A stretch of 64,000 bases of DNA from a bacterium (GCA_021787535.1 JAJYLR010000002.1:24556-88555); one strand, 5' to 3'. Shown: positions 48,249 to 57,589, numbered from the stretch's first letter. Translations and numbers: made by a program. Notes: generated by a model from the sequence alone, not told the origin.

Positions 48249-50018
48249 ATGGAGGCGCATAAAACAGTTGCAAAAAAGCAAAACCAAAGCTGGCGTGAAG
48301 ACAAAAGAGTAATGTATGGATACATTGCCTTATTTGTCTTGGCTCTTATCTATGTCGACGCGCTTTTTTATAATTCCGTAAGGTATGAAGATAGAATTTA
48401 TCCCGGGATAAAGATTGCCGGCACAGATGTAGGGGGGGAAACTAGAGAAGAGGCGGCTCGGCGGATTGCTGAAAAAGTAAAATCCTCCAGCAGTGATATT
48501 GTTTTGAAAGGAAGCCACAGTTACACATTTAGCAAGGAAGATTTGGGTGTTGCCTATGATATCCCAAAGACTGTCGATCATGCTTTTAGCATAGGCAGAG
48601 ACAATGATTTAAATCCGATTAAAAAATATCACGAGGATGTGCCCTTGGCGGTGAATCTTGATTCTGATAAAGTCACAGGTGCTCTGATGGATGTTACCCA
48701 AAAAGAGAATCGAGGTGTTGAAGATGCAAGTGTTTTCATGAGAAACGGCAAACTTCAAACCGAGAAAGAACAAATTGGCAAACGTGTTCTTCTAGGAGAA
48801 AATGTCCGGATGATCCAGGACGGACTTAGCGGACTTGATGATAGTTTTAATCTCAAAATCCGCAATATGGATCCTGCTGTTACAGGGGCGGATATTAACT
48901 CGGCGAAAGATCAGATTCAAAACGCCTTGTCGCAAAAGCTTGTTCTTCAAAATGTCGGGGAAAAATATGTTTTAAATGAGAAAGATATCGCCGGTTTTCT
49001 CTCTTTTCAGTCAAGCAGCAGCAGTTCCCTTGCATATGCTACCAATTTCTCGCAAATTTTTCCGAATGTTGTTCAGGCAGTTCGGGTATCATATGACAGA
49101 AAGGCGATCAGGGATTGGGCGGTTAGGTTTTCCGGCCACATAAACCAGGATCCGAAAAATGCAAAGTTGGCTATGAACGAAGGGGGCTTAACCGTTGTCG
49201 CTTCGAGCAAAGATGGGGTGAAAGTTAATGCAGAAGAACTAACCGATCGGATAAAAGACGCTCTGGTTAATCAAAAACAAACTGTCGATGTTCCTGTTGA
49301 TACCATAAAACCTGAGGTCTCAAGCGATAATTTGGATAAGCTGGGCCTGAAAGAACTAGTTTCGACCGGCTGGACTGACTTCTCTGGTTCGCCGGCGAAT
49401 AGAATTCATAATATTCAAGTCGGTGCGGCAAAATTTAATGGAGTTCTTATAAAACCGGGCGAGGATTTCTCGTTTGACGATACTCTGGGTAATGTTGATG
49501 CTTCTACCGGTTATTTGCCGGAGCTGGTGATACTCAAGGATAAAACAGTGCCTGAGTACGGCGGGGGGCTTTGCCAAGTGTCGTCGACTGCTTTTCGGGC
49601 GGCGCTAAATGCGGGTCTGCCTATTTTAGAACGAGCTGCACATGCTTATCCAGTCGGATACTATAAGCCATATGGGGTTGATGCTACTATTTATCTGCCT
49701 TCTCCGGATTTAATCTTCAAAAATGACACGCCGGGATACATTCTCATTCAAACCAGAATTGCCGGCAACAAACTTTATTTTGATTTCTACGGCACCAAAA
49801 AGCCGGGAAGCATCAAATTTGCCGGTGACGAGAACGCTACTCAGGGAGTTTCATCTACAGTAGAAGGTATTACCCCGACTATTACAGAACAAGACGCGCG
49901 TGGCCCCAAATCTTTTACGGCTACCTTTTACAGGTTTATTTATGATACGGCCGGCAATCTGATCAAGAAAAACTATTGGGTTTCCAAGTACGATTCTCCG
50001 GACAAATACCCTCATTAG
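48249..50018 (+). CDS. VanW-family protein with N-terminal TM anchor
   Basis: C-terminal VanW core (FSFDDTLGNVDASTGYLPELVI..EYGGGLCQVSSTAFRAALNAGLPILERAAHAY). Confidence 0.8.
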   Translation: MEAHKTVAKKQNQSWREDKRVMYGYIALFVLALIYVDALFYNSVRYEDRIYPGIKIAGTDVGGETREEAARRIAEKVKSSSSDIVLKGSHSYTFSKEDLGVAYDIPKTVDHAFSIGRDNDLNPIKKYHEDVPLAVNLDSDKVTGALMDVTQKENRGVEDASVFMRNGKLQTEKEQIGKRVLLGENVRMIQDGLSGLDDSFNLKIRNMDPAVTGADINSAKDQIQNALSQKLVLQNVGEKYVLNEKDIAGFLSFQSSSSSSLAYATNFSQIFPNVVQAVRVSYDRKAIRDWAVRFSGHINQDPKNAKLAMNEGGLTVVASSKDGVKVNAEELTDRIKDALVNQKQTVDVPVDTIKPEVSSDNLDKLGLKELVSTGWTDFSGSPANRIHNIQVGAAKFNGVLIKPGEDFSFDDTLGNVDASTGYLPELVILKDKTVPEYGGGLCQVSSTAFRAALNAGLPILERAAHAYPVGYYKPYGVDATIYLPSPDLIFKNDTPGYILIQTRIAGNKLYFDFYGTKKPGSIKFAGDENATQGVSSTVEGITPTITEQDARGPKSFTATFYRFIYDTAGNLIKKNYWVSKYDSPDKYPH

Positions 50019-50122
50019 AAAATTTTCAATTTTCAAGTAACAATTTTCATTGAAATATCAGTCTCCCAAATTCCAAAGCATCAGGATAGTACACTAAACT
50101 GGTTTAGTGTACCAAAAAAGTA

Positions 50123-50306
50123 TTGCAAATGGATGATGGCTAAGATATAATTGCTTTTGTGAAAAGAAGAATGATTCAAACAAAATACTGGTTTACCTTC
50201 AGGGCTTAGCTTTGTAGGTTTCATATTTGTTGAATCAAAAGTAAGAGTCCTGCAAAGCGGGGCTATTTTTAATTCGAAAATAGCCCTTTTGTTGCAGGAT
50301 TTTTTG
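50123..50306 (+). ncRNA. candidate small RNA: sigma70 promoter, about 150-nt ORF-poor transcript, intrinsic terminator
   Basis: TTGCAA, 17 nt, TATAAT at 50123-50151. Terminator hairpin CCTGCAA..GGGCTATTTT/AAAATAGCCC..TTGCAGG at 50249-50298 followed by TTTTTT. Only a 12-codon ORF lies inside. Confidence 0.3.
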
Positions 50307-50343
50307 TACCTTTAAAAACAAGATTTCGGAGGAAACTAGAAGA

Positions 50344-50580
50344 ATGACAATGTTTTGCCAAGGAAAAATCAAGGTTGAATTCGGAAAGAAAGGGGTGAGT
50401 GTTTTGGATGACACAATCAGGAGAATTCTTGAGGCGCGCGTCAGAAATGCTGTTCGAGGGTACTATCATGCGAATGGGAACAAGGATGAAAAAATGAGCG
50501 AGCTGCTAGAATGCTCCAGTGAATTTCTGGCAAAAGGCGGTACTCTTGAAGAGCTGGAAAGTCTTACAAGCGGCAAGTAA
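50344..50580 (+). CDS. small hypothetical protein (78 aa)
   Basis: GGAGG RBS 11 nt upstream. No recognisable motifs. Confidence 0.35.
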   Translation: MTMFCQGKIKVEFGKKGVSVLDDTIRRILEARVRNAVRGYYHANGNKDEKMSELLECSSEFLAKGGTLEELESLTSGK

Positions 50581-50590
50581 AGGGGAATTG

Positions 50591-50800
50591 ATGTTTTATA
50601 TGAAAAGCGATAATGCTCCGATAATCGTTAGTGATTCTTTGACGGTAGAAGACTATGTCCGGCAGTTTCTTCAGTCGAGAAAAGCAGATAAGATAGTCCA
50701 AATGAGGAAACCAGGGCATAGACTGATTGAATTATTTTCAACATATACTGTTGATGAGATTCGCGCTCTTTTCGTCGAAATCGAAAAGGAAGTTTCTTGA
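50591..50800 (+). CDS. small hypothetical protein (about 69 aa)
   Basis: Follows the previous small ORF after a 10-nt gap. No recognisable motifs. Confidence 0.3.
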   Translation: MFYMKSDNAPIIVSDSLTVEDYVRQFLQSRKADKIVQMRKPGHRLIELFSTYTVDEIRALFVEIEKEVS

Positions 50801-50812
50801 GTGAAACGCCAA

Positions 50813-50840
50813 GGGCCGTCCGGTAACTGCCGGACGGCCC
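50813..50840 (+). terminator. GC-rich perfect hairpin (11-bp stem)
   Basis: GGGCCGTCCGG-taactg-CCGGACGGCCC after the small ORF pair. Weak U-tract, so may act as a transcript-stabilising or terminating structure. Confidence 0.45.
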
Positions 50841-50908
50841 AAAATCTTTGGATTGATTTTTTACGCTATTTTCGCTATAATATTCCAGTATTTGCACCTC
50901 AAAAATAA

Positions 50909-50983
50909 TCCCGGGTAGCTCAATGGTAGAGCAGTTGACTGTTAATCAATTGGTTGCCGGTTCGAGTCCGGCCCCGGGAGCCA
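50909..50983 (+). tRNA. tRNA-Asn (anticodon GTT)
   Basis: TCCCGGG/CCCGGGA acceptor, D-loop AGCTCAATGGTAGAGC, anticodon loop CTGTTAA, T-arm GGTTCGAGTCC, encoded CCA. Confidence 0.85.
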
Positions 50984-50987
50984 AGGT

Positions 50988-51008
50988 AACAGCTAATAGC
51001 TGTTTTTG
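50988..51008 (+). terminator. terminator hairpin after tRNA-Asn
   Basis: AACAGCT-aat-AGCTGTT followed by TTTTG. A second A/T-rich stem follows and may also serve the convergent - strand gene. Confidence 0.55.
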
Positions 51009-52612
51009 ATTTTAAACAGCTTTTTTTCTGCCACGATGATCATGCTGGTTACCGGATATTCGACCGGTATAAGCCGATCGTTTGCCATTTCGTAGAGCTG
51101 GACACTTTCTTCAACTCTCTTTTTGACAATCCAGGGATTTCTATAGGTTTTTGATTCCGGACGTACACTTAAACCTGCTTTTTCTAGCGCCTCTACCCAG
51201 TCGCTATATGCCCAGAAGCAGAAAGTTTCATGGGTTTCGCTTTGCCAGTTGTCGGTATAATCTTTTTTTGTCACAAATTCGCACGTGTCCTTTAGCTTTA
51301 TTTTTATTAAATTTTTACCGGATACCTTTACGATTTGGTACTTCATTTTATACCCTTCCCTAGCTCGAAAATCTTTGGAAAACCTTAAAAATCTACCGAA
51401 TGTTGAAAGTCCGTCTAAATATTCTTTGAATTTATTTCTATCTTCAATTTTCTTATCATAATCATTATTTCTGCCATCGGTTGCATTCAAATCCAAATAG
51501 ATTTCCTTTTCTCCGTCTTCGGGCCCTATAACATCGCGATTGATCCAGCGGCCCCCTTCGCTTAGTTCAATAGACCGATTTTTTATAAATTTCAAAAGAT
51601 CTTTCCGTCCGCCGTAAGATTCTATTTCATGAGTGAGAGAGGAGGTAAGGATAGTATCCATGCTATCCGGTTCGAAAACGAGTCCGGTAATGGCATTTTT
51701 TTTCATGAAAAATACATAATCGCTTGCAAAGTCGCCATTATCTTTTCTTTGCTCGCAAATGTCGTAAAGTTTTCTGGTAACCTCTACTCCATAAAAGTCA
51801 GATTCGGAGAGTTTAGGATCCTGGCAGGCCATTTTAATCCAAGAGCCGATTGCGCAGCCGATATCTCCGATCCTTCCCGGTTTAACATATGGTGATGTTT
51901 CAGCATATTTCTGTTCGATGCTATTATCCATTGAGCGAACATAAGTGTTGTAGTCTCTGGTTTCTGTCATGTCGCCATCATCGCCGAGAGTGGTATCGCT
52001 AAAAAGCAGCTGGATCTTATCTCCTAAATTATAATCCTCAAAAATCCTCTTCGAAGAAGAATGAGTTTTATCTTGATGTATCTTATTATTTCGCCAGTTC
52101 CCTCTAGAGTTTGCTATTTCCTCTATAATTTCCCAAGGCAGCAAATCGGCATATTTTTTAAAGTCATGAGATGCGAGTTCTACCGGTAAAATCTTGAAGC
52201 CAAGTTTTTGGTACATTCTAAGCACCGGCGTTGAGCAGGCGATAATCGTATTTTTTGGTGTTAGTTTAAGTTTTCCCTCGCTTTGGTTATTAATTCTCTT
52301 TAAAGTGTACTCTCCGAACCTATCCGTGGTTCCGACGTCATTTATAGCATATACCGTGGTTTTAACTGGAAGTTCTCTGGAAAAATCTTGAATTGCCATT
52401 GCTCTCTGATACAAGGGCAAAGGATTTCTTCTGGTATTTGCATGATTCGCAGAAGTGATGGCAAAGACAATGCCGTCAATTTCCCCTTCTTTTTTAAAGG
52501 ATTTTCCATCGAAATCTTTTTTTGATCCCAGACCATTTTTTGCTAAATCATAAAGATAACCAAACTGAAAATTGGTCAGAAGATGATGCCTGCCGGGGAA
52601 TAGAATATACAT
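50993..52612 (-). CDS. two-domain protein: N-terminal nucleotidyltransferase-like region fused to class I SAM-dependent methyltransferase-like domain
   Basis: Central GRIGDIGCAIGSW (MTase motif I-like) and downstream acidic motif. N-terminal ILFPGRHH..TSANHANTRR loosely resembles HxGH/SxxxxR nucleotidyltransferases. Function unknown. Confidence 0.4.
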   Translation of the reverse strand: MYILFPGRHHLLTNFQFGYLYDLAKNGLGSKKDFDGKSFKKEGEIDGIVFAITSANHANTRRNPLPLYQRAMAIQDFSRELPVKTTVYAINDVGTTDRFGEYTLKRINNQSEGKLKLTPKNTIIACSTPVLRMYQKLGFKILPVELASHDFKKYADLLPWEIIEEIANSRGNWRNNKIHQDKTHSSSKRIFEDYNLGDKIQLLFSDTTLGDDGDMTETRDYNTYVRSMDNSIEQKYAETSPYVKPGRIGDIGCAIGSWIKMACQDPKLSESDFYGVEVTRKLYDICEQRKDNGDFASDYVFFMKKNAITGLVFEPDSMDTILTSSLTHEIESYGGRKDLLKFIKNRSIELSEGGRWINRDVIGPEDGEKEIYLDLNATDGRNNDYDKKIEDRNKFKEYLDGLSTFGRFLRFSKDFRAREGYKMKYQIVKVSGKNLIKIKLKDTCEFVTKKDYTDNWQSETHETFCFWAYSDWVEALEKAGLSVRPESKTYRNPWIVKKRVEESVQLYEMANDRLIPVEYPVTSMIIVAEKKLFKIKNSY

Positions 52613-52675
52613 GATTTCTCCTTTTGTTTAATTCAATTATACATTTGCCTCTCGTGATTAAAAAGATTAATCAAC

Positions 52676-52694
52676 TGTGTTATAATAACACTAT
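52676..52694. promoter_or_regulatory. palindrome TGTGTTATAATAACACTAT in divergent promoter region (candidate operator overlapping a TATAAT)
   Basis: GTGTTAT/ATAACAC perfect inverted arms. Near-identical to the 53900-53920 palindrome. Confidence 0.5.
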
Positions 52695-52708
52695 TAATAG
52701 GAAAACAT

Positions 52709-53101
52709 ATGGAAAGAGAAAGACCAGGAGAAGAAATAAAAGAAGGTGATCAAAAAGATAGCTTACACCAAAGGGTAGAAAAAGTTCTTAAAAAAGCCCG
52801 AGAACACGATAATTTTCAAAGAGAAAATAGAGGCGGAGAACTTCCGGAAATATTTGCAGACATTGATCGGGAAGGATTTGTTAGTTTTGGAGTGATTTCA
52901 CATGGTCTTATGAATAAACAGAGCCAATATGCGAGCAGGTATCTTAATGAAAAATTTTCTGATGAATATCCATATCTTGGAGAAGATATCAGATTGAAGG
53001 GTGATCTTGATGATTATCATGCGTTTAGAATACATAAAGATGATATCGAAGAGTTTGTAGAAAGATATGAAAAATACATGAAAAAAATTGGAGCGATGTA
53101 A
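52709..53101 (+). CDS. small acidic hypothetical protein (130 aa)
   Basis: ORF with TAATG overlap to the downstream NrtR-like gene. No recognisable motifs. Confidence 0.4.
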   Translation: MERERPGEEIKEGDQKDSLHQRVEKVLKKAREHDNFQRENRGGELPEIFADIDREGFVSFGVISHGLMNKQSQYASRYLNEKFSDEYPYLGEDIRLKGDLDDYHAFRIHKDDIEEFVERYEKYMKKIGAM

Positions 53102-53787
53102 TGAGGAGAGAAGAGGACTTTATCCCATCGCCAGTTGCCACCGATGTTGTTATTTTTACAGTCATTGGGAATGAGCTCAATGTACTTTTAGTAAAAAGAG
53201 GAAAGTTTGCGCCTCTCGGCTGGTCCTTGCCTGGCGGATTTGTTGGACAAAGGGAAGATCTGGATGAATCAGCGGTTAAGACCTTGCGGGAGAAAACCGG
53301 TGTCAGAAATGTTTACCTCGAACAGCTATATACATTCGGTGAACCCAAACGAGATCCTCGAGGCAGAGTCATATCGATAGCTTATATGGCACTAGTTGAT
53401 GCTCAAATGGTCAAGCTTGAGAAGGGCAAAGATACAGAAGGCATAAAGTGGCTACCAGTCAAGAAACTGCCTCAACTTACCTTCGACCACAGACAAATTA
53501 TTGATTATGCAAAAAAGCGGCTTATTTGGAAGATGGAATATACCAATGTTGTTTTCTCGCTTTTGCCTACTTATTTTTCACTGACAGAGCTACAGAAGGT
53601 TTATGAGGCAATTCTTGAACGGGATCTGGACAAAAGGAACTTCAGAAGAAAGTTTTTATCTACAGGGCTCATTAAGGAGACGAAGAAGAAAAGCCAAGGT
53701 GCGCATAGACCGGCGACTCTCTATAATTTTGCCGAAAAGCGGCTTGAATATATTACAAATCCTTTTGGCCAATTTCTCAAAAAATAG
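53101..53787 (+). CDS. NrtR-like Nudix-wHTH transcriptional regulator
   Basis: Nudix box GGFVGQREDLDESAVKTLREKTGV. C-terminal about 70-aa winged-helix-like region (FSLTELQKVYEAILERDLDKRNFRRKF), as in the NrtR family. Confidence 0.6.
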   Translation: MRREEDFIPSPVATDVVIFTVIGNELNVLLVKRGKFAPLGWSLPGGFVGQREDLDESAVKTLREKTGVRNVYLEQLYTFGEPKRDPRGRVISIAYMALVDAQMVKLEKGKDTEGIKWLPVKKLPQLTFDHRQIIDYAKKRLIWKMEYTNVVFSLLPTYFSLTELQKVYEAILERDLDKRNFRRKFLSTGLIKETKKKSQGAHRPATLYNFAEKRLEYITNPFGQFLKK

Positions 53788-53826
53788 CTTTCTATAAGTT
53801 AAAAATAAAATTTTTCAAAAAAGTAC

Positions 53827-53854
53827 TTGACAGTGTTTTAAAAGGGAGTATAAT
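53827..53854 (+). promoter_or_regulatory. sigma70-type promoter upstream of PP2C/kinase operon
   Basis: TTGACA, 16 nt, TATAAT. The -10 overlaps the palindrome TAGTGTCACATATACACTA. Confidence 0.6.
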
Positions 53855-53872
53855 AGTGTCACATATACACTA
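53854..53872. promoter_or_regulatory. palindrome TAGTGTCA-cat-ATACACTA (candidate operator at -10/+1)
   Basis: AGTGT/ACACT inverted arms immediately at the -10 of the promoter. Confidence 0.5.
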
Positions 53873-53899
53873 ATAACGTGTGTTTTTAAAAAATAAAAG

Positions 53900-53920
53900 A
53901 TAGTGTTATAAAAACACTAT
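53900..53920. promoter_or_regulatory. palindrome ATAGTGTTATAAAAACACTAT (candidate operator)
   Basis: 8-bp perfect inverted arms. Same half-site family. A third reversed copy ACACTTAGTGT lies at 53933-53943. Confidence 0.5.
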
Positions 53921-54030
53921 TAAATAATCAAAACACTTAGTGTATATGAAACAATTACAAAGGGGCGATCATATCAAACTGATGAGAACTTTGACAAAAG
54001 AATCGCTAAAACCTATAGAAAGGAACCGAA

Positions 54031-54762
54031 ATGGAGCTCTTACGAATAAGGGGAGGTAGAGTCATAGGAAGGCAACATTCTTTGGCAGGCAAGAACAGTC
54101 AGGATGCTTATCAAATCTATGAGCCAGAGATAATAACTTCATTATTCTCAGAGCCCAAAGTGTTTCGAGCGGGTATTCTCTCTGATGGATGCGGAAGTAC
54201 CAAGACCAGTGAGGTTGGGGCAAACCTTATCGTTCAAAAGATAGTAAGCATTCTTTGCGAAAGCAAAGTTGTGAGAATGTGCCGGAGATGGTCTCTGGAG
54301 GAGATTATTGATTACATTGAGGATTCAACATATGAGTTTCTCGATGAACTCTCAAGGGGCTGGCGGCAAATTCCATTTGTCCAAGATAATCTCTTGGCTA
54401 CTATTCTAGGGTTTGTAACTAATGGGAAAAAGCTGGTGATATTCTCAAGCGGTGACGGAACAATATTTCTTGATGATGATGTTCTTGTTATTGATGAGGA
54501 TAACACACCATCCTACTTTGCCTATCGTTTATTCGAGAAGCAAGTCAGTTTTAAGAGGATAGAGGTTGATCTGCAAAAAGTGCAGAGAGTTGCGATAGCA
54601 AGTGACGGCTTTGAACCGGAGCTTATAAATGAGTTCTGGGGCAAAGAACATCCAAATGGGGTTCAACGTCTCTTGAACGTTTATTCAAAGAAAAAGCACT
54701 TTTTGGATGATGCAACCTTAATAACTCTCGAGAAAATTCAGGGGGAAGGAGGTAGAAAATGA
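54031..54762 (+). CDS. PP2C-family Ser/Thr protein phosphatase
   Basis: PP2C motifs GRQHSLAGKNSQDAY, LSDGCGST, IASDGFEP, and a C-terminal Asp (LDDATLITLE). Confidence 0.65.
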   Translation: MELLRIRGGRVIGRQHSLAGKNSQDAYQIYEPEIITSLFSEPKVFRAGILSDGCGSTKTSEVGANLIVQKIVSILCESKVVRMCRRWSLEEIIDYIEDSTYEFLDELSRGWRQIPFVQDNLLATILGFVTNGKKLVIFSSGDGTIFLDDDVLVIDEDNTPSYFAYRLFEKQVSFKRIEVDLQKVQRVAIASDGFEPELINEFWGKEHPNGVQRLLNVYSKKKHFLDDATLITLEKIQGEGGRK

Positions 54763-56606
54763 AAGTCGTAGTCCAGGGGAAGGCGATCAATCTCAATCCG
54801 AAAGACGTACTGGGAACCGGCGGTGAGGCAGTAGTGATCAAGAAAGGCAAAGCGGCATACAAGATATTTCACCAGCCGAGTAGAGAAAAAACACAGAAAC
54901 TCCAATCCCTTCTCAAGAAAAGACTGCTCCTGCCAGATCGGGTACTTGCGCCTCTTAAACTGGTAAAAGCGGCAGGCGGCGGCGGAGTGATTGGATATAT
55001 GATGCCGCTTGCTGATCCGGGAGCAGAACCGCTGGCAAAACTGAGCAATCGGAACTTTAGAAAGACTAGCAGGATCAACATCAAAGACGTTACCGATATC
55101 TTCTTGGACACGTATAGAACAGTTGAAAAACTTCACTCGGCCGGCTTCGTGGTAGGAGACTTAAATGACTTAAATGAGATTTTTCTGGGAGATAAAGTCT
55201 ACTTTATAGATGTAGACAGCTTTCAGTTTGATCGGTTTTCCTGCCAGGTGGCAACAGAGCCATTCTTAAGTCCGACTCTCTATAATAAAGACCTGACCAA
55301 CGGTTTGGTTTTTACTCCGGAGACGGATTGGTACAGTTTCGCTGTTCTGTTATTCCGTTCACTGCTTCTGGTTCATCCTTATGGTGGTGTTCACCCCAAG
55401 ATAAATCAACTGACCGAAAGGGTAAAAAAGAGGGTAACCGCATTTGACAAAGATGTGCGTTATCCGAAATTTGCCCTAAACAGAGAAATACTTTCTGACG
55501 AGCTGCTTGACTACTTCGAGAAGACTTTCGAGAAAGGCCGTATAAGCCAATTCCCAAAGAACATTCTCGAGCAGTACGATGGCATTCTAATCAAATGCTC
55601 TAAGTGCCATGATTATTTCCCTAACAACAGGCGTCAATGTCCGGCATGCAGTACAAAGTCGGCGTTTGTAATAAACCAGAAGATAATCCTCGACTATGAG
55701 ATATCTCTGATTACTGAAACGCTCGGACAGTTTGTCTATTCCAAACTAGTTGGCAATAAGCTTTACGCTATTGCCTACGAAGATGGTATGGCAGTACTGC
55801 ATACATGGAAGAAAGGAGAGAAAACGCAAAAAACAGTCCTTTTTCCAGTAGCTCGGGATCTGGGCTTTGACATCGCCTTCGACAAGTTAATTCTGTCGAG
55901 AAAGGGCTCTAAGCAACTGATAGTTTTAGATGCAAATGATGGTTCGGTATTTACAAAAACCACGACCGATTTGTTCCAAAACTATCCGATAAAAGCCGGT
56001 ACCCATGATTCGCTGTACAGAACAGCCGGCGGTATTCTCCTAAAGTCAGAAATGATGGCAGGGAATCTCGTAAGCAGGACTGTTTCCACCATAGCCGATG
56101 AACAGACCTGGTTTCACGGAGAAACTGTTCAGGGTAAAGAAAAACTAGCAGTGGTTAGCCGGATCTTTGACAAATGGGTCTACCGGGTCTTGGTAGATGG
56201 TGCCAGCTATGAAGCTGATGTTAGGGAGCTCGAAAAAGGCGAGAAGCTAGTGTCTCTAAACGCCCGTTTCGATACAAAGGGCGCTCTTGTTATCCGTGAG
56301 ACAAAAAAGAAGGGTAAAGCATTTGTCCTGCTTGATTATATAAGTGACAATGGCGTTTCTCTCTTCTACAGTCGGGAAACATACAACGACGAAGATCATG
56401 GTAACTTACAGGGTGCAACCTTAGGAAACGGTTCGCTTCTCTTTGCCACGGCAAATGGACTCAAAGGCAAGTCTCTCACGAAGGGCAGCACTTTTGAGTT
56501 CACTGGAACTGATAAGTTCATTCAGGGAAATGAAAAAATCCACGGACTTCAAGGAGGCATTATTGTCGTAAGTGATAATAAGGCATTCCTGATAAGAAAG
56601 AGGTGA
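54759..56606 (+). CDS. Hanks-type Ser/Thr protein kinase with zinc ribbon and about 330-aa beta-rich C-terminal domain
   Basis: Gly-loop LGTGGEAVV, Lys (AYKIF), catalytic loop GFVVGDLNDLNEIF, DFG-equivalent DVDSFQF, APE-like EPFLSP, DxWS (TDWYSF). CxxC..CxxC (CSKCH..CPAC). ATGA overlap with the phosphatase. Confidence 0.7.
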   Translation: MKVVVQGKAINLNPKDVLGTGGEAVVIKKGKAAYKIFHQPSREKTQKLQSLLKKRLLLPDRVLAPLKLVKAAGGGGVIGYMMPLADPGAEPLAKLSNRNFRKTSRINIKDVTDIFLDTYRTVEKLHSAGFVVGDLNDLNEIFLGDKVYFIDVDSFQFDRFSCQVATEPFLSPTLYNKDLTNGLVFTPETDWYSFAVLLFRSLLLVHPYGGVHPKINQLTERVKKRVTAFDKDVRYPKFALNREILSDELLDYFEKTFEKGRISQFPKNILEQYDGILIKCSKCHDYFPNNRRQCPACSTKSAFVINQKIILDYEISLITETLGQFVYSKLVGNKLYAIAYEDGMAVLHTWKKGEKTQKTVLFPVARDLGFDIAFDKLILSRKGSKQLIVLDANDGSVFTKTTTDLFQNYPIKAGTHDSLYRTAGGILLKSEMMAGNLVSRTVSTIADEQTWFHGETVQGKEKLAVVSRIFDKWVYRVLVDGASYEADVRELEKGEKLVSLNARFDTKGALVIRETKKKGKAFVLLDYISDNGVSLFYSRETYNDEDHGNLQGATLGNGSLLFATANGLKGKSLTKGSTFEFTGTDKFIQGNEKIHGLQGGIIVVSDNKAFLIRKR

Positions 56607-56665
56607 GGCAAGGCAAAAAAACTGATAGTCAAGTCCAATTCCTATTTCCAAAAAGGAGGAAAAAA

Positions 56666-57589
56666 ATGAAAGCGCCAGCTTTCTATGATCCTGCTATCAT
56701 TGGATCTCTTGAATTGCCAAAGGTCCAAGAAGCAACGGAAGAAGGCCGCCGGCAGAATGTAGCTCCGGCTGCCGAAGACAAGCAGAAAGTCATCCTGGTA
56801 AATGTAGATTTCCAGGTCGACTTTGTCTTCCCAAACGGCGCCCTTCCGGTAGCAAATGCTCTCGGCGATGTAGAAAGGACAGTTGACTGGGTTTTTAGGA
56901 ACCTGGATCAAGTAACGACCATCGCCTCGAGCATCGACTCGCATATCCCCGTTCAGATCTTCTATTCCACTTGGTGGGTAGATGAGAACGGGAACCCGCC
57001 TGCTCCATATACGATGATCACGCTGAAAGACGTGGAGGACGGCAAGTGGAGGCCTGTCGTTGATCCGGTGTGGACGCGGAAATATCTGACAGAGCTGGAT
57101 AAGGGCGGCAAGAAAACTCTGATGATCTGGCCTTTCCACTGCATGATCGGCACTCCCGGTCAGGCACTGGTGCCGAATCTGATGGAGGCAATTGCCTTCC
57201 ACTCCGCTGCCAGGCGTTCGCAACCGGTATACCTCGTCAAGGGCTCCATCCCTCAGACGGAAAACTACTCCATCGTTGAGCCCGAAGTAAAGTATCCCAA
57301 GCATCCGGCCGGTGACTTAAATACTCCGTTTCTGGACCTTGTGGCCAGACACGACCTGGTTTATGTAGCCGGCGAGGCGAAGAGCCACTGCGTGTTGGAT
57401 ACGATGCATTCCATCGTGAAACACTTTGCCGGTCAGGATGAAATCCTCGGCAAGATCCGTTTTCTGATGGACTGCACATCTTCGGTGGAGCATCCCGATG
57501 TTCCGTTCAATGAAATCGCCAATGCCGAACTCGCCGAAATGGAAAAGCTCGGCGTCCGTTTGGTCAAATCCACCGATCCGATCGGCTAA
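56666..57589 (+). CDS. nicotinamidase-like isochorismatase-family hydrolase (PncA-like, long form)
   Basis: D-x-Q-x-DF (VNVDFQVDF), conserved Lys, Cys nucleophile in AGEAKSHCVLDT. Strong RBS AAAAAGGAGG. Start at Met 56666. Confidence 0.55.
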   Translation: MKAPAFYDPAIIGSLELPKVQEATEEGRRQNVAPAAEDKQKVILVNVDFQVDFVFPNGALPVANALGDVERTVDWVFRNLDQVTTIASSIDSHIPVQIFYSTWWVDENGNPPAPYTMITLKDVEDGKWRPVVDPVWTRKYLTELDKGGKKTLMIWPFHCMIGTPGQALVPNLMEAIAFHSAARRSQPVYLVKGSIPQTENYSIVEPEVKYPKHPAGDLNTPFLDLVARHDLVYVAGEAKSHCVLDTMHSIVKHFAGQDEILGKIRFLMDCTSSVEHPDVPFNEIANAELAEMEKLGVRLVKSTDPIG

